Origin: Micavibrio sp.
GTDB lineage: Bacteria; Pseudomonadota; Alphaproteobacteria; Micavibrionales; UBA9664
Direction: 5' to 3'
Assembly: GCA_002699085.1 (NCBI GenBank)
Contig: PAAR01000028.1
Span: 161,105 to 225,104, forward strand
DNA length: 64,000 nucleotides
Of the stretch, positions 48,501-57,426 are shown in pieces (position 1 is the first letter of the stretch; every line of letters starts with the position of its first letter). Made by a program: the position numbers and the translations under genes. Under the pieces are notes generated by a model. That model saw nothing but the letters and a program-made list of their open reading frames with translations. It searched no databases and had not been told where the DNA came from.

Positions 48501-48997
48501 AAATGCTTGAAGATGCTGTTGCTGCAGCCAGAGACGGTATTGGTATGGATGATTTGACGGCGGATGATTGGTCGCCGATGATTCAGCTTGGTACATCTGT
48601 GCTTATTCCAGAGCATTATGTTGATGATCTATCGCTTCGTCTATCTTTGTATAGGCGAGCAGGGGAGTTAGAGGATCATCAAGCTATTGAAGCTTTTGCG
48701 ACGGAATTGATTGACCGTTTTGGTCCTATTCCAGATGAGGTCGAGAATTTATTGACCATTATTGGTATTAAACAGCTTTGTAAAAAGGCTGGTATTGAAA
48801 AGATTGATGCCGGACCAAAGGGTGCAGTAATTAGCTTTCATAAGAGTTTCGCTTCACCAGAAAAAGTGATCGAACTTATTCAGAAAAATGCATTATTTAA
48901 ACTGCGGCCTGACCAAAAACTCGTCAGAACAGCAAGTTGGAATTCAGTAAAAGAACGTGTTAACGGGGTGCGGGCGCTGGTAGTGTCGCTGGTTTAG
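45515..48997 (+). CDS. mfd: Transcription-repair coupling factor Mfd
   Basis: 1160 aa with a UvrB-homology N-terminus, RNAP-interaction domain, helicase motifs GDVGFGKTE and DEEQRFG, and a TRG motif. Confidence 0.97.
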   Translation: MAEAALKQSAQKQLIAGAPSGADSYWLAQKANELMAQDRVLLHIALDDAHIQNIEEMLHFYDPQIEVMIFPAWDCLPYDRISPNKEISAQRMATLARLLAIKNEKVRKPRVLLTSVNAIIQKLPPVSFFDAAAFSAKIGDTINIEQLQHYLSGNGYERVQTVREQGEFAIRGGIIDLFPPSMEEPVRIDLFGDTVDSLRSFDPADQTTTGKVQSFSLNPVTEYLLTPETIEKFRSQYREAFGSLGVNDPLYEAVSEGRRYNGVEHWLPLFYDEMATLFDYLNEPFVTEDYQADVSREERLSQVKDFYDARMSMIQAHKAKQKKSKDVSLSGAVYNPIQWERLFVPKLGHDVLGFVPFQGAEGQMIFDDMGVKKGHDFAEIRNQQNGDVFGALKAHIEAQGDKVVIIAAYSEGSRTRLKGLLETASIKDLQEIDTFKDIKKLREKNRIGLAIIPVEQGLVFDDFIILTEQDILGDRLSRTSKTKKRKSDNFIREVSALAEGDYIIHMDHGIGRFMGLETLEAAGTRHDCLKLVYAGDDRLFIPVENIDMLSRYSGSDSIVQLDKLGGAGWQARKARVKKNLMEIADELLKIAAARQLKQADKLEIPEGLYNEFAARFPYPETDDQLRAIYDVMMDLKKGMPMDRLVCGDVGFGKTEIAIRATFIAAMSGDQVAIVAPTTLLARQHFENFNKRFAGTGLRVAQLSRMVSAKEAKLVRDGLREGSIHIVIGTHALFAQETKFAKLGLLIVDEEQRFGVKQKEKLKALKENVHVLTLTATPIPRTLQMSLTGVKEMSIIATPPVDRLAIRTFVLPYDPLVIREALLREYHRGGQSFYVCPRVKDIQKLKEALDELVPELKVIAVHGQLTPTELEERMNAFYDRQYDILLATNIIESGIDIPTANTMIIHRADMFGLAQLYQIRGRIGRSKLRGYAYLTYEQNKVLGAIAVKRLEVLEMLDTLGAGFQLASHDMDIRGSGNLLGEQQSGHIKEVGVELYQQMLEDAVAAARDGIGMDDLTADDWSPMIQLGTSVLIPEHYVDDLSLRLSLYRRAGELEDHQAIEAFATELIDRFGPIPDEVENLLTIIGIKQLCKKAGIEKIDAGPKGAVISFHKSFASPEKVIELIQKNALFKLRPDQKLVRTASWNSVKERVNGVRALVVSLV

Positions 48998-49148
48998 TCG
49001 CTGTTTGGGTGATGTCTGTATTATCAGACGGTTTTTGGAAAGCAGGGTCAGTTGAAATAATCTGGTACATAAGTAAACCAAAGGCGCCAATTAACGTGCC
49101 GACAATTAAACCTTTAACAGCGTAATCAATAGTTTTATCTATATTCAT
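48960..49148 (-). CDS. Hypothetical small single-TM protein (62 aa) with Pro/Thr-rich tail
   Basis: The ATG at 49148 lies 2 nt after the upstream gene's stop. TM segment GLIVGTLIGAFGLLMYQII. The 3' end overlaps the mfd 3' end by 38 nt. Confidence 0.4.
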   Translation of the reverse strand: MNIDKTIDYAVKGLIVGTLIGAFGLLMYQIISTDPAFQKPSDNTDITQTATKPATLPAPAPR

Positions 49149-49150
49149 AT

Positions 49151-49372
49151 TTAACCTTGTGTGTAATTTAGGATGAACTTGCCTGGTATTCTTGTTGAAA
49201 TACGCACAGGGCATTCTGGTGTGTCAACTGTGCCAGCCTCTACGCAGGCGTCAAAACGTTCTGAAAGAGCCTGTTGAACACTAAGTTCGTCTCTTTTGTT
49301 AAACTCATTGGCTATGCCTGTAAGGCATAGCGTGATTATTATTCCCGCAGTGAATGGTACACCTGATGACAT
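49151..49372 (-). CDS. Hypothetical small exported protein (73 aa, two Cys in the mature part)
   Basis: Hydrophobic N-terminus FTAGIIITLCLTGIA. 15-nt gap to the upstream gene and 2-nt gap to the downstream gene. Confidence 0.45.
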   Translation of the reverse strand: MSSGVPFTAGIIITLCLTGIANEFNKRDELSVQQALSERFDACVEAGTVDTPECPVRISTRIPGKFILNYTQG

Positions 49373-49387
49373 TTTAGATCCTTTTAG

Positions 49388-49819
49388 TTATGAAGGTATA
49401 TGCTTGATTTGGTATGGTGCAGATCTTACAACGATTCTAGGTGTCTCTGAGCTAAGAGTATAACTTATACGTGGTGTTTTATCAAAAGAAACTGTTTCAC
49501 CGCGTAAAGTAGTTACAACTGCTTTTGTTTCTAACCTATTGCGGAGTGTTACTGCTAAAGCCGAAATATCAACATTTTCTTCTATTTCAACACTACATTT
49601 GCGACCATCTTCTTCGAATACAATGTTTGTGCCTTGTGGTGCAAAGGCAAGGGCGAAGTCACAACCTGTCGCTGTGAGCGAGTTGGCAGCTGTTTCAAAA
49701 TTCTTTTGTAGTTCAAGCTCAGGTCCAAAGCCTATTTTTCCAGTGGCGACGCCTCCACCTACTACTAGAGCTATAGCTGTTATAGCTGCGATTGCTGTAT
49801 ATTCTGTTGGTGTGGCCAT
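49388..49819 (-). CDS. Hypothetical membrane-anchored protein (143 aa)
   Basis: N-terminal TM segment AIAAITAIALVVGGGVA followed by a beta-rich domain with two Cys. First gene of a three-gene operon. Confidence 0.5.
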   Translation of the reverse strand: MATPTEYTAIAAITAIALVVGGGVATGKIGFGPELELQKNFETAANSLTATGCDFALAFAPQGTNIVFEEDGRKCSVEIEENVDISALAVTLRNRLETKAVVTTLRGETVSFDKTPRISYTLSSETPRIVVRSAPYQIKHIPS

Positions 49820-49950
49820 TTTAGTATCCTTTGCAAAAAATTAATTTCACAGACAATATATTTATTTTTATGTAAAGTCAAGAAAATGTTATGAGGATAG
49901 TTCGGTCTTATTTCTTTCGTTTTTAGACGTTTTTATGCCAGACTATATGG

Positions 49951-50373
49951 ATGAGTATTGATTATGCTGAAAAGAAAGTCGTCGAAGCACTTGAAAAAGC
50001 AGGTGATAATAAAGCCAAAGCACGTAAACTTTTAATGACATGGATTCAGACAGATCATAAATTATTGCTAGGTTTAACGGCTGTGCACCTCAAAGGTATT
50101 ATCCCTTATTGGGTAGAGCGTATGGAACGTAAAGAATCGGTTGTTGCTGAGGTATCTGAACAAATTAAGGCACCACAAACAACAAAAGAGCCTAAAAGCT
50201 TTGGCGAAGCGATGCTCCGCTCATTTGCTGGACAAAAGACAGCTGTTTTTGGTTTGGAGACAGGCAACACACCTTTGCAAAAGCGGGCGGCGTCGCAAAA
50301 ACATATTGATGCAATTAAGTTTTTAGCGCAAAAAGGACAACAAAAGGCTAAGAAGAGTAGAGATGAAGAATAA
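49951..50373 (+). CDS. Hypothetical protein (140 aa), basic C-terminus
   Basis: Open frame overlapping the following kinase gene by 11 nt. Arg codons are mostly CGT, like the core genes. No family recognised. Confidence 0.5.
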   Translation: MSIDYAEKKVVEALEKAGDNKAKARKLLMTWIQTDHKLLLGLTAVHLKGIIPYWVERMERKESVVAEVSEQIKAPQTTKEPKSFGEAMLRSFAGQKTAVFGLETGNTPLQKRAASQKHIDAIKFLAQKGQQKAKKSRDEE

Positions 50374-51511
50374 TACAATGATAAAAAACGATATGCAGGA
50401 GCCTCAAGCGCAAAAACATGAGGTCGTTAATCCAGATGATTTTTTTGATGCTAGGACTGATTTACGCCAACAATTTGCCGATGAATGCGGTTGGGGTGGT
50501 GTTGAGATTAAGCAAATGGGTGAGGATTGTGCCTTCCGCCGTTATTACCGCTTAACACGTGAAAAAGATGGCGAGGTTGAGACGGCAATTCTTCTCGACT
50601 CTATTTTAGAGATGGAAGATAAGGTCGCACCTGCGCATAAACTGGTCGATGTTGTCTCATTAGCACCAAAAATGAAGGCAGCGGGGTTGTCTGTGCCTGA
50701 CGTATATTTTTCTGATGTTTCAAAAGGGTATGCTCTTTTAGAGGATTTTGGCGATTATTCTTATAACAAAGCGTTTCAGAATGGTGCTGACCAGCCAGAA
50801 TTATATGGCTTGGCGACTGAGGCGTTACAGAAAATGCGTCAATCGACTGAACTGAATAGTCTTAAACTGCGTAATTACTACGAGGGGCACGTGCATGCGA
50901 ATCGTGTGGATATTGTTCATTGGTATCGTCCTGCGGCATTATATGAGGCGAATCCAAGTGGTTTGATGGAGTCGTATTTAGCTGCCTGGGGTGAAATTGA
51001 GAACGCTTTGCCGCCATGTCCGATGATTTTCACGCATTGTGACTTCCATGTCGATAATTTGATGGTGCTAGAAGAGCGTGAAGGCTTAAATAAATGCGGT
51101 ATTTTGGACTTTCAGGGCGCCGTTATAGGCCCTGCGCCCTATGATTTGGCTAATCTACTAGAAGATGCCCGTAAAACCCTCCCAAATGAGCTTAAAACGG
51201 CGTTGAAGGCTAAATATTGTGCTGATATGAGTGCTGAAGACAAAGAAATCTTTAATGCATGGTATCGTGTGCTAGCCACGCAATTCCATTGTCGTGTGAT
51301 TGGTCTGTTTGTGAGGCTTTTAGTGCGTGATAATAAATCAATTCACTTACATCACGTACCCAGATTGCAAAATTACATCGTTGAGGCATTGGACGACCCT
51401 ATTTTAGCGCCGTTGAAACGCTGGTTTGTTGAAAGTGGTATTGATCTATCAAAGCCTTTACCGCCCTTTGACTTGCCACGTTTAAGAAAAATTTTAGGGT
51501 TGATAGAATAA
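50363..51511 (+). CDS. Aminoglycoside-phosphotransferase-fold kinase (AmgK-like MurNAc/GlcNAc kinase candidate)
   Basis: Catalytic loop HCDFHVDNLMV and LDFQGAVIGPAPYDLANLLEDAR, typical of the APH/AmgK family. Confidence 0.7.
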   Translation: MKNNTMIKNDMQEPQAQKHEVVNPDDFFDARTDLRQQFADECGWGGVEIKQMGEDCAFRRYYRLTREKDGEVETAILLDSILEMEDKVAPAHKLVDVVSLAPKMKAAGLSVPDVYFSDVSKGYALLEDFGDYSYNKAFQNGADQPELYGLATEALQKMRQSTELNSLKLRNYYEGHVHANRVDIVHWYRPAALYEANPSGLMESYLAAWGEIENALPPCPMIFTHCDFHVDNLMVLEEREGLNKCGILDFQGAVIGPAPYDLANLLEDARKTLPNELKTALKAKYCADMSAEDKEIFNAWYRVLATQFHCRVIGLFVRLLVRDNKSIHLHHVPRLQNYIVEALDDPILAPLKRWFVESGIDLSKPLPPFDLPRLRKILGLIE

Positions 51512-51632
51512 CGCTTCCATTTTTTATTATTTCGTCGTATAATTAAGTTTAATAGACAGTATGTCTAGAATGTCTTAGGGGTAAGATATTCTTTTAGTCT
51601 TCTTGGGGAAGGCACAAAAAGGAGTTTTGGGA

Positions 51633-52484
51633 ATGACATCGAGTTCATCCATTATTACAACTGCATTAAGATCGACGCTCCAGAATTTGGCGCGTTCGGA
51701 TCAGTATAGCAGTGGCTCTAATACAGGATCTGTCGCCTCAAAATCGCCATCACAAGGTCGTGTTATTCAAGACGTGACAGATATAAGTTCAAATGCGCAA
51801 ACGCTTAATCATAAGGCGTCTGAGTTGCAGGCTCATTTAAATGTTATTAATCGTAACGTAGCTGTTCTTGAAAGTTCTGGTCAGGCAGTTAGAGATGTTA
51901 CGGCACAATTGCGTAAGGCAGATGTTGTCATTGGGCGTGCTTTGGCGCAGTTGGCGCAAGATGCGAATGCAGCTAAGCAAACAAGTAAAGCTGTACTGGC
52001 GGATTTTGCTAAAAACTTCAATGCAGATTTGAACAGCATAGATAGCATCGTTGCAAAGCAAGATAATGGGCAAGTTAATCTGTTGCGTGGGGATGCTCTT
52101 GAGACGTCCTTTACAGGTATTGCCAACACATCTTTGGTGACACAAGGGGCGGATATTACGCGTGAGGGTTTAGGTTTTGGTAAAGACTTTACTTTTGAGT
52201 CGCTAAGCGATGTTGCACGTGCTTCAGATCTTTTACGTTCAGCTATTGAAGGCGTTAAAGGCCTTGATGTAGCTTTTCAGGTTGATTTAGAAGAGATCCA
52301 AACAAAACAAGATTTCGCCGCAGGTACTGTTGAAACATTATTAGCTGGTTTTGAAGGGTTGGGCGGCCTAGGTCAGGCGGATGAAGGTGCTAATCTATTG
52401 GCGCAGCAGGCTAGTTTGCTTTTGGCGTCATCAGATGAGGCTTTGGTTTCTGAAGAGCAGCAAAGCCTATTAAACCTTTTCTAA
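51633..52484 (+). CDS. Divergent flagellin-like protein
   Basis: ATG preceded by AGGAG. The C-terminus DEGANLLAQQASLLLA...QQSLLNLF resembles the alphaproteobacterial flagellin end (...ILSLF). The N-terminus IITTALRSTLQNL is only weakly flagellin-like. Lies immediately upstream of flbT-flaF. Confidence 0.55.
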   Translation: MTSSSSIITTALRSTLQNLARSDQYSSGSNTGSVASKSPSQGRVIQDVTDISSNAQTLNHKASELQAHLNVINRNVAVLESSGQAVRDVTAQLRKADVVIGRALAQLAQDANAAKQTSKAVLADFAKNFNADLNSIDSIVAKQDNGQVNLLRGDALETSFTGIANTSLVTQGADITREGLGFGKDFTFESLSDVARASDLLRSAIEGVKGLDVAFQVDLEEIQTKQDFAAGTVETLLAGFEGLGGLGQADEGANLLAQQASLLLASSDEALVSEEQQSLLNLF

Positions 52485-52511
52485 TCTTTTAATCCTGTAT
52501 AGACTGCTTTT

Positions 52512-52910
52512 ATGGCGTTAATCATTGATCTTAAACCAAATGAAAAAGTCCTCGTAGGCACAGCTGTTATTACGAATGACAAGTCCCGTTCGCGTCTGCA
52601 TATTTCTGGTGAGGCAGCGATTTTACGTGAAAAAGATATTATGAAGTATGAGCAATGCGACACATTGTGCAAAAAAGTTTATTTCATGATTCAAACAATG
52701 TACTTAGCCCGTAATCCAAAGATGTATCACAAAGGCTATTTTGATTTGGTGCGTGCTGTGCAAAAAGCCGCCCCTTCAACATCTTTTTTCTTTCTAGGGA
52801 TTAATGAAAATATTATTGCGGGGCTTTATTACAAAGCCATGAAAGAAGCGAGATCTTTAGTGGATCATGAACAGGAGCTGATAAATAATGTCAGACAGCA
52901 ACAAGCCTGA
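52512..52910 (+). CDS. flbT: Flagellin translation regulator FlbT
   Basis: MALIIDLKPNEKVLVGTAVITND...ILREKDIM...VYFMIQTMYL matches the FlbT family pattern. Confidence 0.85.
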   Translation: MALIIDLKPNEKVLVGTAVITNDKSRSRLHISGEAAILREKDIMKYEQCDTLCKKVYFMIQTMYLARNPKMYHKGYFDLVRAVQKAAPSTSFFFLGINENIIAGLYYKAMKEARSLVDHEQELINNVRQQQA

Positions 52911-53289
52911 AGATTCAGTGCAGGCTAATCCCTATGCCCGTTATGCAAAGCAGGCGCAGACAGGTATTTCTCAACGAGAAAAAGAAGGGCAGTTATTGGT
53001 TAAGTCTGCTCAGGCCTTCCAAGGTTTGCTTGATAATTGGAACCAAGCAAAATATGAGGATATAGAAACGGCTATATCGTATAATAGAAGTCTGTGGACG
53101 TTATTTTTTGAGCGTGCAGAGGCCGATGCCGAGCAAACAGCACTAAGTAAAACGATTATTTCTTTGGGGCATTTTGTGTTTCAACGATCGGCACAAATTT
53201 TAGCAGAAAAAGATCATGCGCAACGTAAGCCTATGTTTGAGGCGCTTATTAATGTGAATAAACAGATTGCTTCTGGGCTCTTTAAATAA
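52888..53289 (+). CDS. flaF: Flagellar biosynthesis regulator FlaF
   Basis: YAKQAQTGISQREKEGQLL...AISYNRSLWTLF...IISLGHFVFQRS matches the FlaF pattern. 23-nt overlap with flbT. Confidence 0.85.
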   Translation: MSDSNKPEDSVQANPYARYAKQAQTGISQREKEGQLLVKSAQAFQGLLDNWNQAKYEDIETAISYNRSLWTLFFERAEADAEQTALSKTIISLGHFVFQRSAQILAEKDHAQRKPMFEALINVNKQIASGLFK

Positions 53290-53314
53290 AAAATACCCCG
53301 CTCGTGACGGGGTA
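53282..53314. terminator. Rho-independent terminator between convergent flaF and flaG (U-tract is best for the minus-strand flaG)
   Basis: Stem TACCCCG (53294..53300) pairs with CGGGGTA (53308..53314). On the minus strand it is followed by TTTTTATTT. Confidence 0.65.
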
Positions 53315-53343
53315 TATGGGTCGTTATAAACTTTTAAATTCTT

Positions 53344-53808
53344 TTAATTAACCAAGCCAGAGAGGTCTGCAACTGGTGTAGATGGTGTCTGCCCCGCTTG
53401 CTGCTGTGCTATAATAGCGTTTTCGGCATCTATTTCAGAAAATGTGTCAGATTCTGGTGCAACAGCAGGTTGTTCTTGTGCTGGTGCTTCAACAAAGGCG
53501 GGCTCTGCTGATATTCGAGTGACAGATTCCTGTACCTCTTGAGCACGTGAATATGCTTTAAGTTGGTTTTCTGTTGGGAATTGACGAACAACTTCTCCAT
53601 TAGAGGCGTCAATTACCTGTAGAACCGTTCTGACATCAGATGTCGAGTCGAGTGAGAAGAAAGAGTTCGCTTTTGGCGTATCTCCAATTTTCACTGTTAA
53701 ATCTTGTTTTGCTGTTTCATCGAATGTTTGAACAGCTTTATCATTCGCTGTTTTTGCATTCGTACCTTGCGCGCTTACCGCGAGGCTCGAATTGATTCCT
53801 TCAATCAT
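53344..53808 (-). CDS. flaG: FlaG family flagellar protein
   Basis: Core SFFSLDSTSDVRTVLQVIDASNGEVVRQFPTENQL matches the FlaG pattern (vvD..tgEvIRqiP). There is an acidic/Pro-rich C-terminal extension. Confidence 0.65.
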   Translation of the reverse strand: MIEGINSSLAVSAQGTNAKTANDKAVQTFDETAKQDLTVKIGDTPKANSFFSLDSTSDVRTVLQVIDASNGEVVRQFPTENQLKAYSRAQEVQESVTRISAEPAFVEAPAQEQPAVAPESDTFSEIDAENAIIAQQQAGQTPSTPVADLSGLVN

Positions 53809-53900
53809 GGCCTAACCGTCCTTTGTTAGCGCATTCTATGCGCTGTTATAGTCGGGAAATATATGTCGTGAACCCCTTCAAGACAGACTTCCTTATTATC

Positions 53901-53930
53901 ATATTACCACTAAAATTGTGAAGTTGTCAA
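53901..53930 (-). promoter_or_regulatory. sigma70-like promoter candidate for flaG (TTGACA-N18-TAATAT on the minus strand)
   Basis: -35 at 53930..53925 and -10 at 53906..53901, about 90 nt upstream of the flaG ATG. A 7-bp hairpin (53828..53844) lies in the predicted leader. Confidence 0.35.
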
Positions 53931-53967
53931 GTTTTTCGTGGTTTTGCACAGATAAATACTTGAGTAT

Positions 53968-55083
53968 TCAACCTCTCTTATCAAAGTCGATCCGAGGATC
54001 AACGAGCACATAAGTAATATCACTAACGATTTTTATAACAAGACCAAGTAATGTGAAAAAGAAAAGTGTACCGAATACTACGGGATAGTCTCTATTTATT
54101 GTTGATTCAAAACCAAGAAGCCCTAAGCCGTCTAGGGAGAAAATGATCTCAATCAATAAAGAGCCTGTGAAAAAGATAGATATAAAGGCTGAAGGAAAAC
54201 CTGCGATGACAATCAACATAGCGTTTCTGAATACATGGCCATAGAGCACTTTCTTCTCGGTTAAACCCTTTGAACGAGCTGTCATTACGTAGTTTTTACC
54301 AATTTCATCAAGAAATGAGTTTTTGGTCAGCATGGTAAGGCCTGCAAAGCCACTAACGACCATGGCGGCCACAGGCAAAGTGATGTGCCATAAATAATCA
54401 AATATTTTGCCAATCATAGAAAGACTTTCAAAATTATCAGAGGTGAGGCCACGTAAGGGGAATAAGTCAAGATATCGCCCTCCAGAAAAGAGGATAATAA
54501 GCAAAATAGCGAACATGAAAGAAGGGATGGCGTATCCAACAAAGACAACACCGCTGCTCCATATATCAAATGGTTGGCCATCTTTAACGGCTTTTTTTAT
54601 GCCTAAGGGAATGGATACGAGATAGATAATGAGCGTTGACCAAAGACCAAGAGAGATAGAAACGGGTAATTTTTCTAGAATAAGTTGTGTCACAGGCGTG
54701 TCACGATAATAGCTATCGCCAAAATCAAAAGTAAGATAGTTGCCCATCATTAAAAAGAAACGCTCATGAAGAGGTTTATCAAAACCAAATTGTTTTTCTA
54801 GCTCCGCAATAAAGTCTGGGTCTAAGCCTTGCGCACCTCTATATTTGCTATTTGCGCCACTACCACTGCCTGCAACTTGGTTATAAGCGTGTTGTGGGCC
54901 TGTTTCGCTAAGGCCTGATCCACTAATCCGTGCCGTTGAGTCAACAGACAGCCCTTGTAGCTTGGCGATGACTTGTTCAACTGGACCACCAGGGGCCGCT
55001 TGTACAAGAAGAAAGTTGATGAGCATGATTCCGAAGAGCGTTGGAAAAATTAGCAAAAGGCGTTTAAGAATATATTGTCCCAT
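53968..55083 (-). CDS. yejB: Peptide/microcin-type ABC permease (YejB-like)
   Basis: [37 protein letters not shown] is near-collinear with E. coli YejB as I recall it. BPD transporter core present. Confidence 0.88.
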   Translation of the reverse strand: MGQYILKRLLLIFPTLFGIMLINFLLVQAAPGGPVEQVIAKLQGLSVDSTARISGSGLSETGPQHAYNQVAGSGSGANSKYRGAQGLDPDFIAELEKQFGFDKPLHERFFLMMGNYLTFDFGDSYYRDTPVTQLILEKLPVSISLGLWSTLIIYLVSIPLGIKKAVKDGQPFDIWSSGVVFVGYAIPSFMFAILLIILFSGGRYLDLFPLRGLTSDNFESLSMIGKIFDYLWHITLPVAAMVVSGFAGLTMLTKNSFLDEIGKNYVMTARSKGLTEKKVLYGHVFRNAMLIVIAGFPSAFISIFFTGSLLIEIIFSLDGLGLLGFESTINRDYPVVFGTLFFFTLLGLVIKIVSDITYVLVDPRIDFDKRG

Positions 55084-55189
55084 ATATTGGTTATATCAAT
55101 GTTTGCATTAGCTAAAAAGCGCTTTATTTAATTGACATAATATTTATTTAGGTGTAGGTTAGGGCGATAAATTTTAGACGAGGTTTTCA

Positions 55190-55510
55190 ATGAATGTTCA
55201 AAACATCAAATCAGTTTTTAAAAGAGCGGCTAAAGTGATTGTCTCTTTGCCGTTGAATGTAGCGACATCTTTTGGAGCTGCTTATGTTACGGGGTTTTGT
55301 GCACTATGGTTGCTGGAAAAAGTACCTGCCTTGACAAAGCTTATGGAGGTAACAAATATCCAACAAGATACACTGGTTGAAGGGTTGGTTGCGGGTGCTT
55401 TGGTTTCAACGATGTTCGCTAAAGTTGCTTGGGATATAATAAAGCCAAATTATAAAGCGCAGGCACGTGCTCTGAAGCGCGAAAATCATCTCTTGAAAAC
55501 ATTTAAATGA
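55190..55510 (+). CDS. Hypothetical two-TM membrane protein (106 aa)
   Basis: Two hydrophobic segments and a basic C-terminus. No family recognised. Confidence 0.45.
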   Translation: MNVQNIKSVFKRAAKVIVSLPLNVATSFGAAYVTGFCALWLLEKVPALTKLMEVTNIQQDTLVEGLVAGALVSTMFAKVAWDIIKPNYKAQARALKRENHLLKTFK

Positions 55511-55511
55511 T

Positions 55512-56123
55512 TTAAGGTCTTATATTCCAATCGACAACAAACCATTTGCCATTTTTATAGTCTAAAATAGCTAGAGAGCCTGTTGAGAGTTTAAGTTTAA
55601 ACTTTTTAATAAAGTCTTGAAAGTCATTGGTAATATAGGGTGCAAATCTTGCAATGCCGTTGCTTGTTACGACTAAATGTGTTTTACCGCTTTCTTTTAT
55701 TTCATCTGCAAAATCACACCAATCTTGTTTAACTTGTGCAGGGTCTATCAACCATCCATCAGGTACTTTGGCGTGGTTGTCCCAGTCTTTAATAGCCTGT
55801 TCACCAATGCGGGCTATTACTTTGTCTTCTGTTAGATTCTCGTCTGGGCCGTAATCAACTTCGTTTAAGAAGTCACGCTCTTCAGGTTCGAAATAGATAC
55901 TGATTGTTTTTAGAGCGATTTTTGCCGTTAGCTTCGTACGCTGTAGATTTGAACAATAGGCAGCATCAGGTACTAAATCATGGGCTTTCAAGTAAAGCCC
56001 TAGCATCATGGCTTGTTCAACCCCAGATTGTACAAGTGGTAAATCTGTGCGTCCACCGACACGGGTCGGTATCTGATCTTTTTCAAAGGTGTTGCCGTGG
56101 CGGGCAATAATCAATCTTGTCAT
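55512..56123 (-). CDS. Histidine phosphatase (phosphoglycerate mutase) family protein
   Basis: N-terminal catalytic motif LIIARHGNT and a downstream VVTSNG region. Confidence 0.8.
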   Translation of the reverse strand: MTRLIIARHGNTFEKDQIPTRVGGRTDLPLVQSGVEQAMMLGLYLKAHDLVPDAAYCSNLQRTKLTAKIALKTISIYFEPEERDFLNEVDYGPDENLTEDKVIARIGEQAIKDWDNHAKVPDGWLIDPAQVKQDWCDFADEIKESGKTHLVVTSNGIARFAPYITNDFQDFIKKFKLKLSTGSLAILDYKNGKWFVVDWNIRP

Positions 56124-56138
56124 AGGCGTTATTTATAG

Positions 56139-57404
<1,266 letters not shown>

Positions 57405-57426
57405 AAGGCTGTTAAATAGTTAAAAA

